A DNA stretch of 64,000 nucleotides. Source: Escherichia coli (GTDB lineage: Bacteria > Pseudomonadota > Gammaproteobacteria > Enterobacterales > Enterobacteriaceae). The stretch lies in NCBI RefSeq assembly GCF_013315695.1, contig NZ_CP054353.1; one strand, written 5' to 3'. How positions within the stretch are numbered: the stretch's first letter is position 1; each line of letters opens with the position of its first letter. This document shows positions 59,338-64,000 of the stretch, one piece after another. The notes beneath the pieces were generated by a model. The model did no database searches. It worked only from the letters and a program-made list of their open reading frames with translations, and was not told where the DNA came from. A program made the translations under genes and the position numbers.

Positions 59338-60436
59338 ACTGGTGTTCTGACTAAAATGTTATCAATAATTTCGATATTACATTATATAAAGTTCGGTATA
59401 TGAAATGGTATTAATACTCCTCTTTATGATTTTCTGAATTAAATGATCTCCATTCTGTAAATATATCATAATGAGAAGATTGATTTTCTCTTAATTTACC
59501 AAAGTTATTATCATGCTTATTACTTTAACCAGAATGACATTATCATATATAGCGTTTATACTTTTGCATCTTCCACCCACGCTACCGCCTTTCGTTAATT
59601 TATCAACGAAATAATTTAGATATGAAAAAATCAATATATGACGCCTAAGCTATCACATTATGCATAGTTGCGACATTCACCTCTTTAATTATCCCAAAGA
59701 GGTATTAATGTGAATTCTCTATCATCCATTTTGCTGATTTATCTTTTTTCAGTCATGAGCAATCCGACTCTCTTAGCCAAAATAAATTAATAACCTTAAA
59801 ATGAGGTTTAATCAGAAAGTAGTAGCCACAGCTTGACTATTAAGACTATAAATTAGCCATAACGATGGACAGATAAATATGTTAATGAATACATGTTCAA
59901 TAAAACAATAAGGCACAACGCCAGGCCACCATTTTATTTTAAAAATAAAAGGCTGTGAACTATGCCAGGTATAATCTGATTCTATCGAGAGAGAATTTTT
60001 GTAAGTTACAAATACTGCAAAAGACACATTACACAAAATTTTTAACCACACAAACACCTTGTGTTCTGTATAACAGAACAATAGCTGTGGTCATTTTCAG
60101 CAAGTTTAACTAAAATTATCAAGAATTTTTTTTGATGTATATCAAAAACAATAGTCTTCGCGCATCCGTTACTGCTTAACATTTACCCACAAAGTTCATA
60201 TTTTCACCACACATAATCGTTCACTTCAGAACTTAAAATAATAACTTGCAAAATAACCAATAATTAAAACTATCACTGCATCTAAAAATAAAGATTAAGA
60301 TAACTAAAATTCGTATTATCACGGCATCGTTTATCGCCACCCGTCTCTTAAGAAAAATTTAACTTTGCTATTATCAGTCCTCTCCGAATTTCTCTTCTAT
60401 TTACTGCGATAACCCCGGCGAACCGGGGCATGATGA

Positions 60437-61856
60437 CTATTTCTTATTCGCTTTACGCGCAAGTAACGGGAATATCAGCCCCAGTCCAACCAGGACAAAT
60501 GGCGTCGCAATATTCAGCGCCAACTGAAAAGTCCACTCTGCGGTGAAGGCTTCCATTTTCGGGAAAATCCCTGTCAGGCAGGCAAAAGCGGTAAAGGTAA
60601 AACACCAGATCCCGACAGTCATCGCCAGCGGCCTGTTACGAATAAAGACATACTCTGGTTTATATTTCTGCGCCAGGCGAACGACTGCAATAAATGCAAC
60701 AAATACCCATAAATAACGCAGCGGCATCACTACCGAATTAAGGTTCAACAGCCATTTATAGAGATTGTTCATATCACCAATGCCGAGAGTCGGCAGCATA
60801 ATCAGAATCGCCACCAGTACCAGGGTCAGAAAATAGCCATTAACGGGCGTACCAGAAGCGTTGGTACGACATAAACTGGCTGGAATATATTTGCTATCAG
60901 CATCGCCTAATAGTACTTTAAGCGGCGCATCAATCGAGAATACCAGCGCAGCTACTTGTCCCAGGGTATTCGCAATGGCGTAAATCACCATTAAAGTATT
61001 ACCCATGTTGTAATACTCGCCCAGCTTCTGAAAGGCGTAATACTGACCGTTGGTCATTAAGTCATCCGGGATATTACGCGAATCAAACATCATCCCCATC
61101 GCCAGCGAGCCCAGAATGGCACAAACCGCAACCATCACCGCCAGGCATAACATCCCTTTTGGAAATTCTTTTCCTGGGTTGCGCGTTTGATTAACGTAAG
61201 GAGAAATCTTCTCTGCTCCGCCAACCGCGAAAACCAGCATTGAAATAGTGGTAATGTAGGTAAAGTCGATATGAGGAATGAACGTTTCCCAGGTAATGTT
61301 TGTGGTCGCAATATGCACTTCAGTAATTGCAGGCGCGGTTACCGCCATCGCCACATACAGGAGCGACATAACAAACATCGCAATCCCTGCCACAGAACCG
61401 ACGATTTTCAGCGATTTCATACCGCGTGAAGCAACCCACATAAAGAAGATAAACAGCACCAGCGTTAACCCCTGTAACGCTACGACTGAATATTCTTTGA
61501 TTAACGAACCGTCGCCTTTCATCGCCCAACCGAGCGCAATCAGTATTGCCTGGGGTTTTTGTGCCAGATAGGGAATATGCACTACCCAGTAGGTCCACGC
61601 GGCGAGGTAAGCCAGTCCGGGTCCCATCGTGTGTTTAATCCAGGTACTGACCCCGCCCTTCCCATCTTTGAAGGTCGAGCCTAACTGACCAACAATTAGC
61701 GCATAAGGTGTGAAATAGAGCGCAAAGATAAACACCCATGAAAAACCCCTGGTTGGCGTAGTTATTAACAACGTTGCCAAAACCCCAGACAGTGATAAAA
61801 GACATCAGCGCAATGTTGTACCATCGCAGCTGTTTTTCCTGAACATTCCCAGCCAT
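60437..61856 (-). pseudogene. ycaM: APC-family amino acid/polyamine transporter gene with a frameshift near the 5' end
   Basis: The N-terminal 37 codons (MAGNVQEKQLRWYNIALMSFITVWGFGNVVNNYANQG, from ATG 61856) are in one frame and the remaining 447-codon ORF (from 61780) in another; the frames switch at an A5/T5 homopolymer at 61741-61745. Confidence 0.7.
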
Positions 61857-62065
61857 AGACAAATCCTTCGCCAAAATTAAAGGGGCATCTGTAAAACGAG
61901 GGATTATGCGCGGCAAATAAGAAGTGCGGAAATAGCGAAATGCAAAATTATAACCTGCTGCACATTTTATTTTGAAACGAATAAAATTTGGAATAAAGCA
62001 AGTCAGATAGAAGAAACAAAAAAGCAGAGTGTGAAACAGTAAGTTCACACTCTGCGTTAATTCAT

Positions 62066-63214
62066 TTACACGTGAGCAACGGGTTTCGGCGTATGACCGG
62101 CGTTGCGAAGCAGCATCAGCAAATAGATAAACGATACGCTGGCGATCATGATAAACAATAAATTATCGGAGAAATTCTGCATTAGCATGGCAGTAAATGA
62201 CGGGCCAAGCAGACTTCCCACGGTATAGCTCAACAGTAAGGCCTGGTTCATCGCCACCAGTTGATGATGTTCAACTTTCTCGCAAGCCCATGCCATCGCC
62301 ACCGGATATAGCGTAAAGCCAGCGGCACCGAGGATGAATAACGCTGGGGCCATCGCCGCCTGGCTAAGCATCGCGATACTGCCGAGAATGACGACAAAGA
62401 CCTGAACACGCAACACCAGCAGTCGACCAAACTTATCCGCCAGACGTCCAATCGGCCATTGTCCAAGGATACCCGCACTGACCAGTACCGCCATCCAGAA
62501 ACCAATGCTGGCATTGCTCACCCCTTTGTGATTGAGGTACAGCGGCATCAGGCCATATAGAGATCCCAGAACGATTCCTGAGATAATGCAGCCATTCACG
62601 CCAAGCCGCGCCTGACGGAGTTTTAGCATTGACGTAATTGACGTCGCATCATGGTTTTCAGCCTGCTGATTCAGCACACGCGTAAACAACAGCGGTAAGA
62701 TCCCTGCCAACGTCAAACCTGTAACCCACGGCAATACGGACATCAGCTCGGTTGAAACTTTGCTGACCAGTAACTGGCCTAAAAACGTTCCCACGTAATA
62801 AACCATCATATACGCAGCAAGCAAACGCCCACGGTTACGTGACGTCCCACTGCACATCAGCGCGCTCTCAACAACCACCCAAATCATGGCACAGCCGACA
62901 CCGGCGACAAAACGCCAAGCCAACCAGCTCCAGAATCCAATCATCAGGCCAAGGCCGGCACAGCCAGCGGCAAAAATGAAGGAGGCCAGATAATAGCTGC
63001 GGTTAAAGCCAATGCGCTTAATGACATACCCTGTCAGCAATGTACCGACCAGGTTGCCGGTAAAATAGGATGAGCTGACAACGCCTACCTGCCATGTGGA
63101 CATGTGTTCCTGGGCGAGCCAAAGCGGCACGAGTGTATTTAACACTGCGATCGCCAGAGTCAACAAAAGCAGGCCAGACAGCAAAAGCATGACAGGCCGG
63201 GTATACGTGGACAT
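62066..63214 (-). CDS. ycaD: major facilitator superfamily transporter
   Basis: 382-aa 12-TM ORF ([46 protein letters not shown]...) matching YcaD. Confidence 0.9.
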   Translation of the reverse strand: MSTYTRPVMLLLSGLLLLTLAIAVLNTLVPLWLAQEHMSTWQVGVVSSSYFTGNLVGTLLTGYVIKRIGFNRSYYLASFIFAAGCAGLGLMIGFWSWLAWRFVAGVGCAMIWVVVESALMCSGTSRNRGRLLAAYMMVYYVGTFLGQLLVSKVSTELMSVLPWVTGLTLAGILPLLFTRVLNQQAENHDATSITSMLKLRQARLGVNGCIISGIVLGSLYGLMPLYLNHKGVSNASIGFWMAVLVSAGILGQWPIGRLADKFGRLLVLRVQVFVVILGSIAMLSQAAMAPALFILGAAGFTLYPVAMAWACEKVEHHQLVAMNQALLLSYTVGSLLGPSFTAMLMQNFSDNLLFIMIASVSFIYLLMLLRNAGHTPKPVAHV

Positions 63215-63528
63215 GAATTAAAACCGTGAGGAAGTTCAAATTTCATGCGCATCATGCCACCGCCAAAAACATTGTCAATGGGTGAAAATACGCGCATATC
63301 GCAGCGGAGGTATTATCGATTTATATTACTCATTCATAACGCTAATGCTGGAGAGACGATTAATCTCATCTGATTGTTTTTATTGATCTAACACAAATTT
63401 CATACGCTTCGTTCAGTCGAAAAATTTCATGGTCACAGCAAACTCATATTTCCCGTCTATGCTTTCAGAGCAATGCATCGCGTCTGACCGATTTCAGACG
63501 TACCACTGACTCTCGAAAGGAGAAGAGG

Positions 63529-64000
63529 ATGACCAAACCGTATGTTCGTCTTGATAAAAATGATGCTGCCGTTTTGCTTGTTGATCACCAGGCTGGTTTA
63601 CTTTCCCTTGTACGGGATATCGAACCCGATAAGTTTAAAAATAACGTGCTGGCGCTGGGTGATCTGGCTAAGTATTTCAACTTACCTACTATTCTTACCA
63701 CCAGTTTTGAAACCGGTCCTAACGGCCCATTAGTTCCAGAACTGAAAGCACAGTTTCCCGATGCACCTTACATTGCTCGCCCGGGAAATATTAACGCCTG
63801 GGATAACGAAGATTTTGTAAAAGCTGTCAAAGCGACAGGTAAAAAACAGTTAATTATTGCCGGTGTGGTAACCGAAGTTTGCGTGGCATTCCCGGCGCTT
63901 TCAGCCATTGAAGAAGGGTTTGACGTCTTTGTCGTGACTGACGCGTCAGGGACCTTTAATGAAATTACCCGGCATTCGGCGTGGGATCGCATGTCGCAAG
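63529..64000 (+). CDS. ycaC: isochorismatase-family hydrolase (partial; 3' end beyond window)
   Basis: ATG 63529 preceded by AGGAGAAG RBS; translation MTKPYVRLDKNDAAVLLVDHQAGLL... with the cysteine-hydrolase motif VTEVCVAFPA; no stop before the window end. Confidence 0.85.
   Translation, partial: MTKPYVRLDKNDAAVLLVDHQAGLLSLVRDIEPDKFKNNVLALGDLAKYFNLPTILTTSFETGPNGPLVPELKAQFPDAPYIARPGNINAWDNEDFVKAVKATGKKQLIIAGVVTEVCVAFPALSAIEEGFDVFVVTDASGTFNEITRHSAWDRMSQ

Noticed and set aside
59812-60081. 89-aa ORF in the AT-rich region upstream of the pde gene
   Set aside because: No RBS, no recognisable domain, composition identical to the surrounding non-coding DNA; most likely spurious, although a small protein cannot be formally excluded.

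Overview
This window is an Escherichia coli-type chromosomal segment, in reverse orientation relative to the K-12 map, running from the ssu operon to ycaC. Almost all of it is well-known core genes (ssuDCB, pepN, pncB, asnS, ompF, aspC, gloC, mepK, ldtD, mukFEB, cmoM, elyC, ycbJ, kdsB, ycaR, ycaQ, lpxK, msbA, ycaI, ihfB, rpsA, cmk, ycaL, aroA, serC, ycaP, ycaO, focA, pflB, pflA, ycaM, ycaD, ycaC), identified by reading the translated ORFs against remembered protein sequences; no database search was run. Three things depart from the K-12 arrangement I remember. (1) A ~12 kb accessory block (47.1-59.3 kb) between pflA and ycaM carries five co-oriented genes: an EAL phosphodiesterase, a GGDEF diguanylate cyclase, a short BcsA-like GT2 synthase with a PilZ domain, a BcsB-like gene and a BcsC-like TPR/outer-membrane gene. 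This looks like a self-contained c-di-GMP-controlled bcs-like exopolysaccharide module and is the most interesting feature. It is strongly compositionally mosaic, and its bcsB-like gene is split by an IS1 with a perfect 9-bp target duplication. (2) A complete 1426-bp IS4 with a 13-bp target duplication sits between aroA and ycaL. (3) ycaM carries a frameshift at a homopolymer. No CRISPR array, tRNA, rRNA or prophage was seen.
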